Shown here one piece after another: positions 1 through 12,987 of a DNA stretch of 64,000 nt. Source of the DNA: Auanema rhodensis (Eukaryota; Animalia; Nematoda); NCBI GenBank assembly GCA_964057225.1, contig OZ059898.1:1178001-1242000 (forward strand), written 5' to 3'. Below the pieces are notes generated by a model. It was given only the letters and a program-made list of their open reading frames with translations. It made no database searches and was not told the DNA's origin. How positions within the stretch are numbered: the first letter of the stretch is position 1; every line of letters begins with the position of its first letter. The position numbers were made by a program, and so were the translations under genes.

Positions 1-42
1 GTTGAATAACATTGTCCATCGTCTTTGCCTTGAAAAAAGGAA

Positions 43-114
43 TCTAAAAACATCTACTTTTTGCTAAATTATTTTGAAATTTTTTGAAAAAATTTTTGTC
101 AAAATGTTTTTGGA
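43..114. other. Imperfect AT-rich inverted repeat (hairpin A) in the monomer
   Basis: TCTAAAAACAT (43-53) matches the reverse complement of ATGTTTTTGGA (104-114) at 10/11, with further TTTTG/CAAAA pairing inside. The majority allele also contains the palindrome TTTTTCGAAAAA (e.g. 782-793). Confidence 0.75.
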
Positions 115-118
115 AGCA

Positions 119-146
119 ATGTTGAGTGTACATGGAAACTCAACAT
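119..146. other. Perfect 9-bp inverted repeat (hairpin B), 10-nt loop
   Basis: ATGTTGAGT (119-127) and ACTCAACAT (138-146) are exact reverse complements. Confidence 0.92.
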
Positions 147-229
147 ACACTAATGCATCATTTTTCAAACGATCATAACTAATTTTTGTATTAAGCGTTT
201 CTCAATGTAATATAGTGCATTCGATGCGG

Positions 230-280
230 ATTTTTAAGCTGCGTCGATCTGTGTTATCAGATTTGCGCTAGCTTAAAAAT
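230..280. other. Long interrupted inverted repeat (hairpin C)
   Basis: ATTTTTAAGCT (230-240) / AGCTTAAAAAT (270-280) is a perfect 11-bp pair. Inside are GCG/CGC and ATCTG/CAGAT around a TGTTAT loop. GTGCATT (215-221) can also pair with AATGCAC (278-284). Confidence 0.92.
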
Positions 281-297
281 GCACCGAGATATCAACT

Positions 298-319
298 GAT
301 ATAAGTTCACACTTATATC
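298..319. other. Perfect 9-bp inverted repeat (hairpin D), 4-nt loop
   Basis: GATATAAGT (298-306) / ACTTATATC (311-319), flanked by CGAG (285-288) / CTCG (320-323). Confidence 0.92.
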
Positions 320-3300
320 CTCGATTTTCACCCTGAAGAATTAATTTTTTCGTTGAATAACATTGTCCATCGTCTTTGCCTTGAAAAATGGAATCTAAAA
401 ACATCTACTTTTTGCTAAATTATCTTGAAATTTTTCGAAAAAATTTTTGTCAAAATGTTTTTGGAAGCAATGTTGAGTGTACATGGAAACTCAACATACA
501 CTAATGCATCATTTTTCAAACGATCATAACTAATTTTTGTATTAAGCGTTTCTCAATGTAATATAGTGCATTCGATGCGGATTTTTAAGCTGCGTCGATC
601 TGTGTTATCAGATTTGCGCTAGCTTAAAAATGCACCGAGATATCAACTGATATAAGTTCACACTTATATCCTCGATTTTCACCCTGAAGAATTAATTTTT
701 TCGTTGAATAACATTGTCCATCGTCTTTGCCTTGAAAAAAGGAATCTAAAAACATCTACTTTTTGCTAAATTATTTTGAAATTTTTCGAAAAAATTTTTG
801 TCAAAATGTTTTTGGAAGCAATGTTGAGTGTACATGGAAACTCAACATACACTAATGCATCATTTTTCAAACGATCATAACTAATTTTTGTATAAAGCGT
901 TTCTCAATGTAGTATAGTGCATTCGATGCGGATTTTTAAGCTGCGTCGATCTGTGTTATCAGATTTGCGCTAGCTTAAAAATGCACCGAGATATCAACTG
1001 ATATAAGTTCACACTTATATCCTCGATTTTCACCCTGAAGAATTAATTTTTTCGTTGATTAACATTGTCCATCGTCTTTGCCTTGAAAAATGGAATCTAA
1101 AAACATCTACTTTTTGCTGAATTATTTTGAAATTTTTCGAAAAAATTTTTGTCAAAATGTTTTTGGAAGCAATGTTGAGTGTACATGGAAACTCAACATA
1201 CACTAATGCATCATTTTTCAAACGATCATAACTAATTTTTGTATTAAGCGTTTCTCAATGTAGTATAGTGCATTCGATGCGGATTTTTAAGCTGCGTCGA
1301 TCTGTGTTATCAGATTTGCGCTAGCTTAAAAATGCACCGAGATATCAACTGATATAAGTTCACACTTATATCCTCGATTTTCACCCTGAAGAATTAATTT
1401 TTTCGTTGAATAACATTGTCCATCGTCTTTGCCTTGAAAAAAGGAATCTAAAAACATCTACTTTTTGCTAAATTATTTTGAAATTTTTTGAAAAAATTTT
1501 TGTCAAAATGTTTTTGGAAGCAATGTTGAGTGTACATGGAAACTCAACATACACTAATGCATCATTTTTCAAACGATCATAACTAATTTTTGTATTAAGC
1601 GTTTCTCAATGTAGTATAGTGCATTTGATGCGGATTTTTAAGCTGCGTCGATCTGTGTTATCAGATTTGCGCTAGCTTTAAAATGCACCGAGATATCAAC
1701 TGATATAAGTTCACACTTATATCCTCGATTTTCACCCTGAAGAATTAATTTTTTCGTTGAATAACATTGTCCATCGTCTTTGCCTTGAAAAAAGGAATCT
1801 AAAAACATCTACTTTTTGCTAAATTATTTTGAAATTTTTTGAAAAAATTTTTGTCAAAATGTTTTTGGAAGCAATGTTGAGTGTACATGGAAACTCAACA
1901 TACACTAATGCATCATTTTTCAAACGATCATAACTAATTTTTGTATTAAGCGTTTCTCAATGTAGTATAGTGCATTTGATGCGGATTTTTAAGCTGCGTC
2001 GATCTGTGTTATCAGATTTGCGCTAGCTTTAAAATGCACCGAGATATCAACTGATATAAGTTCACACTTATATCCTCGATTTTCACCCTGAAGAATTAAT
2101 TTTTTCGTTGAATAACATTGTCCATCGTCTTTGCCTTGAAAAAAGGAATCTAAAAACATCTACTTTTTGCTAAATTATTTTGAAATTTTTCGAAAAAATT
2201 TTTGTCAAAATGTTTTTGGAAGCAATGTTGAGTGTACATGGAAACTCAACATACACTAATGCATCATTTTTCAAACGATCATAACTAATTTTTGTATCAA
2301 GCGTTTCTCAATGTAGTAGAGTGCATTCGATGCGGATTTTTAAGCTGCGTCGATCTGTGTTATCAGATTTGCGCTAGCTTAAAAATGCACCGAGATATCA
2401 ACTGATATAAGTTTACACATATATCCTCGATTTTCACCCTGAAGAATTAATTTTTTCGTTGAATAACATTGTCCATCGTCTTTGCCTTGAAAAATGGAAT
2501 CTAAAAACATCTACTTTTTGCTGAATTATTTTGAAATTTTTCGAAAAAATTTTTGTCAAAATGTTTTTGGAAGCAATGTTGAGTGTACATGGAAACTCAA
2601 CATACACTAATGCATCATTTTTCAAACGATCATAACTAATTTTTGTATAAAGCGTTTCTCAATGTAGTATAGTGCATTCGATGCGGATTGTTAAGCTGCG
2701 TCGATCTGTGTTATCAGATTTGCGCTAGCTTAAAAATGCACCGAGATATCAACTGATATAAGTTCACACTTATATCCTCGATTTTCACCCTGAAGAATTA
2801 ATTTTTTCGTTGATTAACATTGTCCATCGTCTTTGCCTTGAAAAATGGAATCTAAAAACATCTACTTTTTGCTGAATTATTTTGAAATTTTTCGAAAAAA
2901 TTTTTGTCAAAATGTTTTTGGAAGCAATGTTGAGTGTACATGGAAACTCAACATACACTAATGCATCATTTTTCAAACGATCATAACTAATTTTTGTATT
3001 AAGCGTTTCTCAATGTAGTATAGTGCATTCGATGCGGATTTTTAAGCTGCGTCGATCTGTGTTATCAGATTTGCGCTAGCTTAAAAATGCACCGAGATAT
3101 CAACTGATATAAGTTCACACTTATATCCTCGATTTTCACCCTGAAGAATTAATTTTTTCGTTGAATAACATTGTCCATCGTCTTTGCCTTAAAAAAAGGA
3201 ATCTAAAAACATCTACTTTTTGCTAAATTATTTTGAAATTTTTTGAAAAAATTTTTGTCAAAATGTTTTTGGAAGCAATGTTGAGTGTACATGGAAACTC

Positions 3301-6300
3301 AACATACACTAATGCATCATTTTTCAAACGATCATAACTAATTTTTGTATTAAGCGTTTCTCAATGTTATATAGTGCATTCGATGCGGATTTTTAAGCTG
3401 CGTCGATCTGTGTTATCAGATTTGCGCTAGCTTAAAAATGCACCGAGATATCAACTGATATAAGTTCACACTTATATCCTCGATTTTCACCCTGAAGAAT
3501 TAATTTTTTCGTTGAATAACATTGTCCATCGTCTTTGCCTTGAAAAATGGAATCTAAAAACATCTACTTTTTGCTAAATTATTTTGAAATTTTTTGAAAA
3601 AATTTTTGTCAAAATGTTTTTGGAAGCAATGTTGAGTGTACATGGAAACTCAACATACACTAATGCATCATTTTTCAAACGATCATAACTAATTTTTGTA
3701 TTAAGCGTTTCTCAATGTAGTATAGTGCATTCGATGCGGATTTTTAAGCTGCGTCGATCTGTGTTATCAGATTTGCGCTAGCTTTAAAATGCACCGAGAT
3801 ATCAACTGATATAAGTTCACACTTATATCCTCGATTTTCACCCTGAAGAATTAATTTTTTCGTTGAATAACATTGTCCATCGTCTTTGCCTTGAAAAATG
3901 GAATCTAAAAACATCTACTTTTTGCTAAATTATTTTGAAATTTTTCGAAAAAATTTTTGTCAAAATGTTTTTGGAAGCAATGTTGAGTGTACATGGAAAC
4001 TCAACATACACTAATGCATCATTTTTCAAACGATCATAACTAATTTTTGTATCAAGCGTTTCTCAATGTAGTATAGTGCATTCGATGCGGATTTTTAAGC
4101 TGCGTCGATCTGTGTTATCAGATTTGCGCTAGCTTAAAAATGCACCGAGATATCAACTGATATAAGTTCACACTTATATCCTCGATTTTCACCCTGAAGA
4201 ATTAATTTTTTCGTTGAATAACATTGTCCATCGTCTTTGCCTTAAAAAAAGGAATCTAAAAACATCTACTTTTTGCTAAATTATTTTGAAATTTTTTGAA
4301 AAAATTTTTGTCAAAATGTTTTTGGAAGCAATGTTGAGTGTACATGGAAACTCAACATACACTAATGCATCATTTTTCAAACGATCATAACTAATTTTTG
4401 TATTAAGCGTTTCTCAATGTTATATAGTGCATTCGATGCGGATTTTTAAGCTGCGTCGATCTGTGTTATCAGATTTGCGCTAGCTTAAAAATGCACCGAG
4501 ATATCAACTGATATAAGTTCACACTTATATCCTCGATTTTCACCCTGAAGAATTAATTTTTTCGTTGAATAACATTGTCCATCGTCTTTGCCTTGAAAAA
4601 TGGAATCTAAAAACATCTACTTTTTGCTAAATTATTTTGAAATTTTTTGAAAAAATTTTTGTCAAAATGTTTTTGGAAGCAATGTTGAGTGTACATGGAA
4701 ACTCAACATACACTAATGCATCATTTTTCAAACGATCATAACTAATTTTTGTATTAAGCGTTTCTCAATGTAGTATAGTGCATTCGATGCGGATTTTTAA
4801 GCTGCGTCGATCTGTGTTATCAGATTTGCGCTAGCTTTAAAATGCACCGAGATATCAACTGATATAAGTTCACACTTATATCCTCGATTTTCACCCTGAA
4901 GAATTAATTTTTTCGTTGAATAACATTGTCCATCGTCTTTGCCTTGAAAAAAGGAATCTAAAAACATCTACTTTTTGCTAAATTATTTTCAAATTTTTCG
5001 AAAAAATTTTTGTCAAAATGTTTTTGGAAGCAATGTTGAGTGTACATGGAAACTCAACATACACTAATGCATCATTTTTCAAACGATCATAACTAATTTT
5101 TGTATTAAGCGTTTCTCAATGTAGTATAGTGCATTTGATGCGGATTTTTAAGCTGCGTCGATCTGTGTTATCAGATTTGCGCTAGCTTTAAAATGCACCG
5201 AGATATCAACTGATATAAGTTCACACTTATATCCTCGATTTTCACCCTGAAGAATTAATTTTTTCGTTGAATAACATTGTCCATCGTCTTTGCCTTGAAA
5301 AAAGGAATCTAAAAACATCTACTTTTTGCTAAATTATTTTGAAATTTTTCGAAAAAATTTTTGTCAAAATGTTTTTGGAAGCAATGTTGAGTGTACATGG
5401 AAACTCAACATACACTAATGCATCATTTTTCAAACGATCATAACTAATTTTTGTATTAAGCGTTTCTCAATGTAGTATAGTGCATTTGATGCGGATTTTT
5501 AAGCTGCGTCGATCTGTGTTATCAGATTTGCGCTAGCTTTAAAATGCACCGAGATATCAACTGATATAAGTTCACACTTATATCCTCGATTTTCACCCTG
5601 AAGAATTAATTTTTTCGTTGAATAACATTGTCCATCGTCTTTGCCTTGAAAAAAGGAATCTAAAAACATCTACTTTTTGCTAAATTATTTTCAAATTTTT
5701 CGAAAAAATTTTTGTCAAAATGTTTTTGGAAGCAATGTTGAGTGTACATGGAAACTCAACATACACTAATGCATCATTTTTCAAACGATCATAACTAATT
5801 TTTGTATCAAGCGTTTCTCAATGTAGTATAGTGCATTCGAGGCGGATTTTTAAGCTGCGTCGATCTGTGTTATCAGATTTGCGCTAGCTTAAAAATGCAC
5901 CGAGATATCAACTGATATAAGTTTACACATATATCCTCGATTTTCACCCTGAAGAATTAATTTTTTCGTTGAATAACATTGTCCATCGTCTTTGCCTTGA
6001 AAAATGGAATCTAAAAACATCTACTTTTTGCTGAATTATTTTGAAATTTTTCGAAAAACTTTTTGTCAAAATGTTTTTGGAAGCAATGTTGAGTGTACAT
6101 GGAAACTCAACATACACTAATGCATCATTTTTCAAACGATCATAACTAATTTTTGTATAAAGCGTTTCTCAATGTAGTATAGTGCATTCGATGCGGATTT
6201 TTAAGCTGCGTCGATCTGTGTTATCAGATTTGCGCTAGCTTAAAAATGCACCGAGATATCAACTGATATAAGTTCACACTTATATCCTCGATTTTCACCC

Positions 6301-9300
6301 TGAAGAATTAATTTTTTCGTTGATTAACATTGTTCATCGTCTTTGCCTTGAAAAATGGAATCTAAAAACATCTACTTTTTGCTGAATTATTTTGAAATTT
6401 TTCGAAAAAATTTTTGTCAAAATGTTTTTGGAAGCAATGTTGAGTGTACATGGAAACTCAACATACACTAATGCATCATTTTTCAAACGATCATAACTAA
6501 TTTTTGTATTAAGCGTTTCTCAATGTAGTATAGTGCATTCGATGCGGATTTTTAAGCTGCGTCGATCTGTGTTATCAGATTTGCGCTAGCTTAAAAATGC
6601 ACCGAGATATCAACTGATATAAGTTCACACTTATATCCTCGATTTTCACCCTGAAGAATTAATTTTTTCGTTGAATAACATTGTCCATCGTCTTTGCCTT
6701 GAAAAATGGAATCTAAAAACATCTACTTTTTGCTGAATTATTTTGAAATTTTTCGAAAAAATTTTTGTCAAAATGTTTTTGGAAGCAATGTTGAGTGTAC
6801 ATGGAAACTCAACATACACTAATGCATCATTTTTCAAACGATCATAACTAATTTTTGTATTAAGCGTTTCTCAATGTAGTATAGTGCATTCGATGCGGAT
6901 TTTTAAGCTGCGTCGATCTGTGTTATCAGATTTGCGCTAGCTTAAAAATGCACCGAGATATCAACTGATATAAGTTCACACTTATATCCTCGATTTTCAC
7001 CCTGAAGAATTAATTTTTTCGTTGAATAACATTGTCCATCGTCTTTGCCTTGAAAAATGGAATCTAAAAACATCTACTTTTTGCTAAATTATTTTGAAAT
7101 TTTTCGAAAAAATTTTTGTCAAAATGTTTTTGGAAGCAATGTTGAGTGTACATGGAAACTCAACATACACTAATGCATCATTTTTCAAACGATCATAACT
7201 AATTTTTGTATCAAGCGTTTCTCAATGTAGTATAGTGCATTCGATGCGGATTTTTAAGCTGCGTCGATCTGTGTTATCAGATTTGCGCTAGCTTAAAAAT
7301 GCACCGAGATATCAACTGATATAAGTTCACACTTATATCCTCGATTTTCACCCTGAAGAATTAATTTTTTCGTTGAATAACATTGTCCATCGTCTTTGCC
7401 TTGAAAAAAGGAATCTAAAAACATCTACTTTTTGCTAAATTATTTTGAAATTTTTTGAAAAAATTTTTGTCAAAATGTTTTTGGAAGCAATGTTGAGTGT
7501 ACATGGAAACTCAACATACACTAATGCATCATTTTTCAAACGATCATAACTAATTTTTGTATTAAGCGTTTCTCAATGTAATATAGTGCATTCGATGCGG
7601 ATTTTTAAGCTGCGTCGATCTGTGTTATCAGATTTGCGCTAGCTTAAAAATGCACCGAGATATCAACTGATATAAGTTCACACTTATATCCTCGATTTTC
7701 ACCCTGAAGAATTAATTTTTTCGTTGAATAACATTGTCCATCGTCTTTGCCTTGAAAAATGGAATCTAAAAACATCTACTTTTTGCTAAATTATCTTGAA
7801 ATTTTTCGAAAAAATTTTTGTCAAAATGTTTTTGGAAGCAATGTTGAGTGTACATGGAAACTCAACATACACTAATGCATCATTTTTCAAACGATCATAA
7901 CTAATTTTTGTATAAAGCGTTTCTCAATGTAGTATAGTGCATTCGATGCGGATTTTTAAGCTGCGTCGATCTGTGTTATCAGATTTGCGCTAGCTTAAAA
8001 ATGCACCGAGATATCAACTGATATAAGTTCACACTTATATCCTCGATTTTCACCCTGAAGAATTAATTTTTTCGTTGATTAACATTGTCCATCGTCTTTG
8101 CCTTGAAAAATGGAATCTAAAAACATCTACTTTTTGCTGAATTATTTTGAAATTTTTCGAAAAAATTTTTGTCAAAATGTTTTTGGAAGCAATGTTGAGT
8201 GTACATGGAAACTCAACATACACTAATGCATCATTTTTCAAACGATCATAACTAATTTTTGTATTAAGCGTTTCTCAATGTAGTATAGTGCATTCGATGC
8301 GGATTTTTAAGCTGCGTCGATCTGTGTTATCAGATTTGCGCTAGCTTAAAAATGCACCGAGATATCAACTGATATAAGTTCACACTTATATCCTCGATTT
8401 TCACCCTGAAGAATTAATTTTTTCGTTGAATAACATTGTCCATCGTCTTTGCCTTGAAAAAAGGAATCTAAAAACATCTACTTTTTGCTAAATTATTTTG
8501 AAATTTTTTGAAAAAATTTTTGTCAAAATGTTTTTGGAAGCAATGTTGAGTGTACATGGAAACTCAACATACACTAATGCATCATTTTTCAAACGATCAT
8601 AACTAATTTTTGTATTAAGCGTTTCTCAATGTAATATAGTGCATTCGATGCGGATTTTTAAGCTGCGTCGATCTGTGTTATCAGATTTGCGCTAGCTTAA
8701 AAATGCACCGAGATATCAACTGATATAAGTTCACACTTATATCCTCGATTTTCACCCTGAAGAATTAATTTTTTCGTTGAATAACATTGTCCATCGTCTT
8801 TGCCTTGAAAAATGGAATCTAAAAACATCTACTTTTTGCTAAATTATCTTGAAATTTTTCGAAAAAATTTTTGTCAAAATGTTTTTGGAAGCAATGTTGA
8901 GTGTACATGGAAACTCAACATACACTAATGCATCATTTTTCAAACGATCATAACTAATTTTTGTATTAAGCGTTTCTCAATGTAATATAGTGCATTCGAT
9001 GCGGATTTTTAAGCTGCGTCGATCTGTGTTATCAGATTTGCGCTAGCTTAAAAATGCACCGAGATATCAACTGATATAAGTTCACACTTATATCCTCGAT
9101 TTTCACCCTGAAGAATTAATTTTTTCGTTGAATAACATTGTCCATCGTCTTTGCCTTGAAAAAAGGAATCTAAAAACATCTACTTTTTGCTAAATTATTT
9201 TGAAATTTTTTGAAAAAATTTTTGTCAAAATGTTTTTGGAAGCAATGTTGAGTGTACATGGAAACTCAACATACACTAATGCATCATTTTTCAAACGATC

Positions 9301-12300
9301 ATAACTAATTTTTGTATTAAGCGTTTCTCAATGTAATATAGTGCATTCGATGCGGATTTTTAAGCTGCGTCGATCTGTGTTATCAGATTTGCGCTAGCTT
9401 AAAAATGCACCGAGATATCAACTGATATAAGTTCACACTTATATCCTCGATTTTCACCCTGAAGAATTAATTTTTTCGTTGAATAACATTGTCCATCGTC
9501 TTTGCCTTGAAAAATGGAATCTAAAAACATCTACTTTTTGCTAAATTATCTTGAAATTTTTCGAAAAAATTTTTGTCAAAATGTTTTTGGAAGCAATGTT
9601 GAGTGTACATGGAAACTCAACATACACTAATGCATCATTTTTCAAACGATCATAACTAATTTTTGTATTAAGCGTTTCTCAATGTAATATAGTGCATTCG
9701 ATGCGGATTTTTAAGCTGCGTCGATCTGTGTTATCAGATTTGCGCTAGCTTAAAAATGCACCGAGATATCAACTGATATAAGTTCACACTTATATCCTCG
9801 ATTTTCACCCTGAAGAATTAATTTTTTCGTTGAATAACATTGTCCATCGTCTTTGCCTTGAAAAAAGGAATCTAAAAACATCTACTTTTCGCTAAATTAT
9901 TTTGAAATTTTTCGAAAAAATTTTTGTCAAAATGTTTTTGGAAGCAATGTTGAGTGTACATGGAAACTCAACATACACTAATGCATCATTTTTCAAACGA
10001 TCATAACTAATTTTTGTATTAAGCGTTTCTCAATGTAGTATAATGCATTTGATGCGGATTTTTAAGCTGCGTCGATCTGTGTTATCAGATTTGCGCTAGC
10101 TTAAAAATGCACCGAGATATCAACTGATATAAGTTCACACTTATATCCTCGATTTTCACCCTGAAGAATTAATTTTTTCGTTGAATAACATTGTCCATCG
10201 TCTTTGCCTTGAAAAATGGAATCTAAAAACATCTACTTTTTGCTAAATTATTTTGAAATTTTTCGAAAAAATTTTTGTCAAAATGTTTTTGGAAGCAATG
10301 TTGAGTGTACATGGAAACTCAACATACACTAATGCATCATTTTTCAAACGATCATAACTAATTTTTGTATCAAGCGTTTTTCAATGTAGTATAGTGCATT
10401 CGATGCGGATTTTTAAGCTGCGTCGATCTGTGTTATCAGATTTGCGCTAGCTTAAAAATGCACCGAGATATCAACTGATATAAGTTCACACTTATATCCT
10501 CGATTTTCACCCTGAAGAATTAATTTTTTCGTTGAATAACATTGTCCATCGTCTTTGCCTTGAAAAATGGAATCTGAAAACATCTACTTTTTGCTAAATT
10601 ATTTTGAAATTTTTCGAAAAAATTTTTGTCAAAATGTTTTTGGAAGCAATGTTGAGTGTACATGGAAACTCAACATACACTAATGCATCATTTTTCAAAC
10701 GATCATAACTAATTTTTGTATCAAGCGTTTCTCAATGTAGTATAGTGCATTCGATGCGGATTTTTAAGCTGCGTCGATCTGTGTTATCAGATTTGCGCTA
10801 GCTTAAAAATGCACCGAGATATCAACTGATATAAGTTCACACTTATATCCTCGATTTTCACCCTGAAGAATTAATTTTTTCGTTGAATAACATTGTCCAT
10901 CGTCTTTGCCTTGAAAAATGGAATCTAAAAACATCTACTTTTTGCTAAATTATTTTGAAATTTTTCGAAAAAATTTTTGTCAAAATGTTTTTGGAAGCAA
11001 TGTTGAGTGTACATGGAAACTCAACATACACTAATGCATCATTTTTCAAACGATCATAACTAATTTTTGTATCAAGCGTTTCTTAATGTAGTATAGTGCA
11101 TTCGATGCGGATTTTTAAGCTGCGTCGATCTGTGTTATCAGATTTGCGCTAGCTTAAAAATGCACCGAGATATCAACTGATATAAGTTCACACTTATATC
11201 CTCGATTTTCACCCTGAAGAATTAATTTTTTCGTTGAATAACATTGTCCATCGTCTTTGCCTTGAAAAAAGGAATCTAAAAACATCTACTTTTTGCTAAA
11301 TTATTTTGAAATTTTTTGAAAAAATTTTTGTCAAAATGTTTTTGGAAGCAATGTTGAGTGTACATGGAAACTCAACATACACTAATGCATCATTTTTCAA
11401 ACGATCATAACTAATTTTTGTATCAAGCGTTTCTCAATGTAGTATGGTGCATTCGATGCGGATTTTTAAGCTGCGTCGATCTGTGTTATCAGATTTGCGC
11501 TAGCTTAAAAATGCACCGAGATATCAACTGATATAAGTTCACACTTATATCCTCGATTTTCACCCTGAAGAATTAATTTTTTCGTTGAATAACATTGTCC
11601 ATCGTCTTTGCCTTGAAAAATGGAATCTAAAAACATCTACTTTTTGCTAAATTATTTTGAAATTTTTCGAAAAAATTTTTGTCAAAATGTTTTTGGAAGC
11701 AATGTTGAGTGTACATGGAAACTCAACATACACTAATGCATCATTTTTCAAACGATCATAACTAATTTTTGTATTAAGCGTTTCTCAATGTAGTATAGTG
11801 CATTTGATGCGGATTTTTAAGCTGCGTCGATCTGTGTTATCAGATTTGCGCTAGCTTAAAAATGCACCGAGATATCAACTGATATAAGTTCACACTTATA
11901 TCCTCGATTTTCACCCTGAAGAATTAATTTTTTCGTTGAATAACATTGTCCATCGTCTTTGCCTTGAAAAATGGAATCTAAAAACATCTACTTTTTGCTA
12001 AATTATTTTGAAATTTTTCGAAAAAATTTTTGTCAAAATGTTTTTGGAAGCAATGTTGAGTGTACATGGAAACTCAACATACACTAATGCATCATTTTTC
12101 AAACGATCATAACTAATTTTTGTATCAAGCGTTTCTCAATGTAGTATAGTGCATTCGATGCGGATTTTTAAGCTGCGTCGATCTGTGTTATCAGATTTTC
12201 GCTAGCTTAAAAATGCACCGAGATATCAACTGATATAAGTTCACACTTATATCCTCGATTTTCACCCTGAAGAATTAATTTTTTCGTTGAATAACATTGT

Positions 12301-12987
12301 CCATCGTCTTTGCCTTGAAAAATGGAATCTAAAAACATCTACTTTTTGCTAAATTATTTTGAAATTTTTCGAAAAAATTTTTGTCAAAATGTTTTTGGAA
12401 GCAATGTTGAGTGTACATGGAAACTCAACATACACTAATGCATCATTTTTCAAACGATCATAACTAATTTTTGTATCAAGCGTTTCTCAATGTAGTATAG
12501 TGCATTCGATGCGGATTTTTAAGCTGCGTCGATCTGTGTTATCAGATTTGCGCTAGCTTAAAAATGCACCGAGATATCAACTGATATAAGTTCACACTTA
12601 TATCCTCGATTTTCACCCTGAAGAATTAATTTTTTCGTTGAATAACTTTGTCCATCGTCTTTGCCTTGAAAAAAGGAATCTAAAAACATCTACTTTTTGC
12701 TAAATTATTTTGAAATTTTTTGAAAAAATTTTTGTCAAAATGTTTTTGGAAGCAATGTTGAGTGTACATGGAAACTCAACATACACTAATGCATCATTTT
12801 TCAAACGATCATAACTAATTTTTGTATTAAGCGTTTCTCAATGTAATATAGTGCATTCGATGCGGATTTTTAAGCTGCGTCGATCTGTGTTATCAGATTT
12901 GCGCTAGCTTAAAAATGCACCGAGATATCAACTGATATAAGTTCACACTTATATCCTCGATTTTCACCCTGAAGAATTAATTTTTTC

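Larger units (their letters stand above)
1..351. repeat. Representative monomer (arbitrary phase)
   Basis: First full unit; the next unit starts at 352. Consensus hand count is about 53 G and 57 C in 351 bp, with many A4-6/T4-6 tracts, densest at monomer positions 33-111. Confidence 0.98.

Noticed and set aside
1-351. Assignment to a named satellite of similar length (e.g. Drosophila 359-bp 1.688 family or Tribolium ~340-360-bp satellites)
   Set aside because: Similar length and AT content alone do not show homology, and I do not recognise the sequence. It needs a database search.
298-351. Hairpin followed by a T-rich tract as an intrinsic terminator
   Set aside because: The stem is AT-rich, the T6 run is about 25 bp away, and there is no upstream gene or bacterial context.
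348-364. TTTCGTTGAA resembles the start of the CENP-B box (YTTCGTTGGAARCGGGA)
   Set aside because: The essential CGGG half is absent.
333-400. CTGAAGA matches the hammerhead core CUGANGA, and ~350-nt structured tandem units resemble metazoan non-LTR retrozymes
   Set aside because: I could not build a stem II closed by GAAA, nor stems I/III with an NUH site. The minus strand has only CTGATAA. An Infernal search with Rfam hammerhead models on a dimer would settle it.
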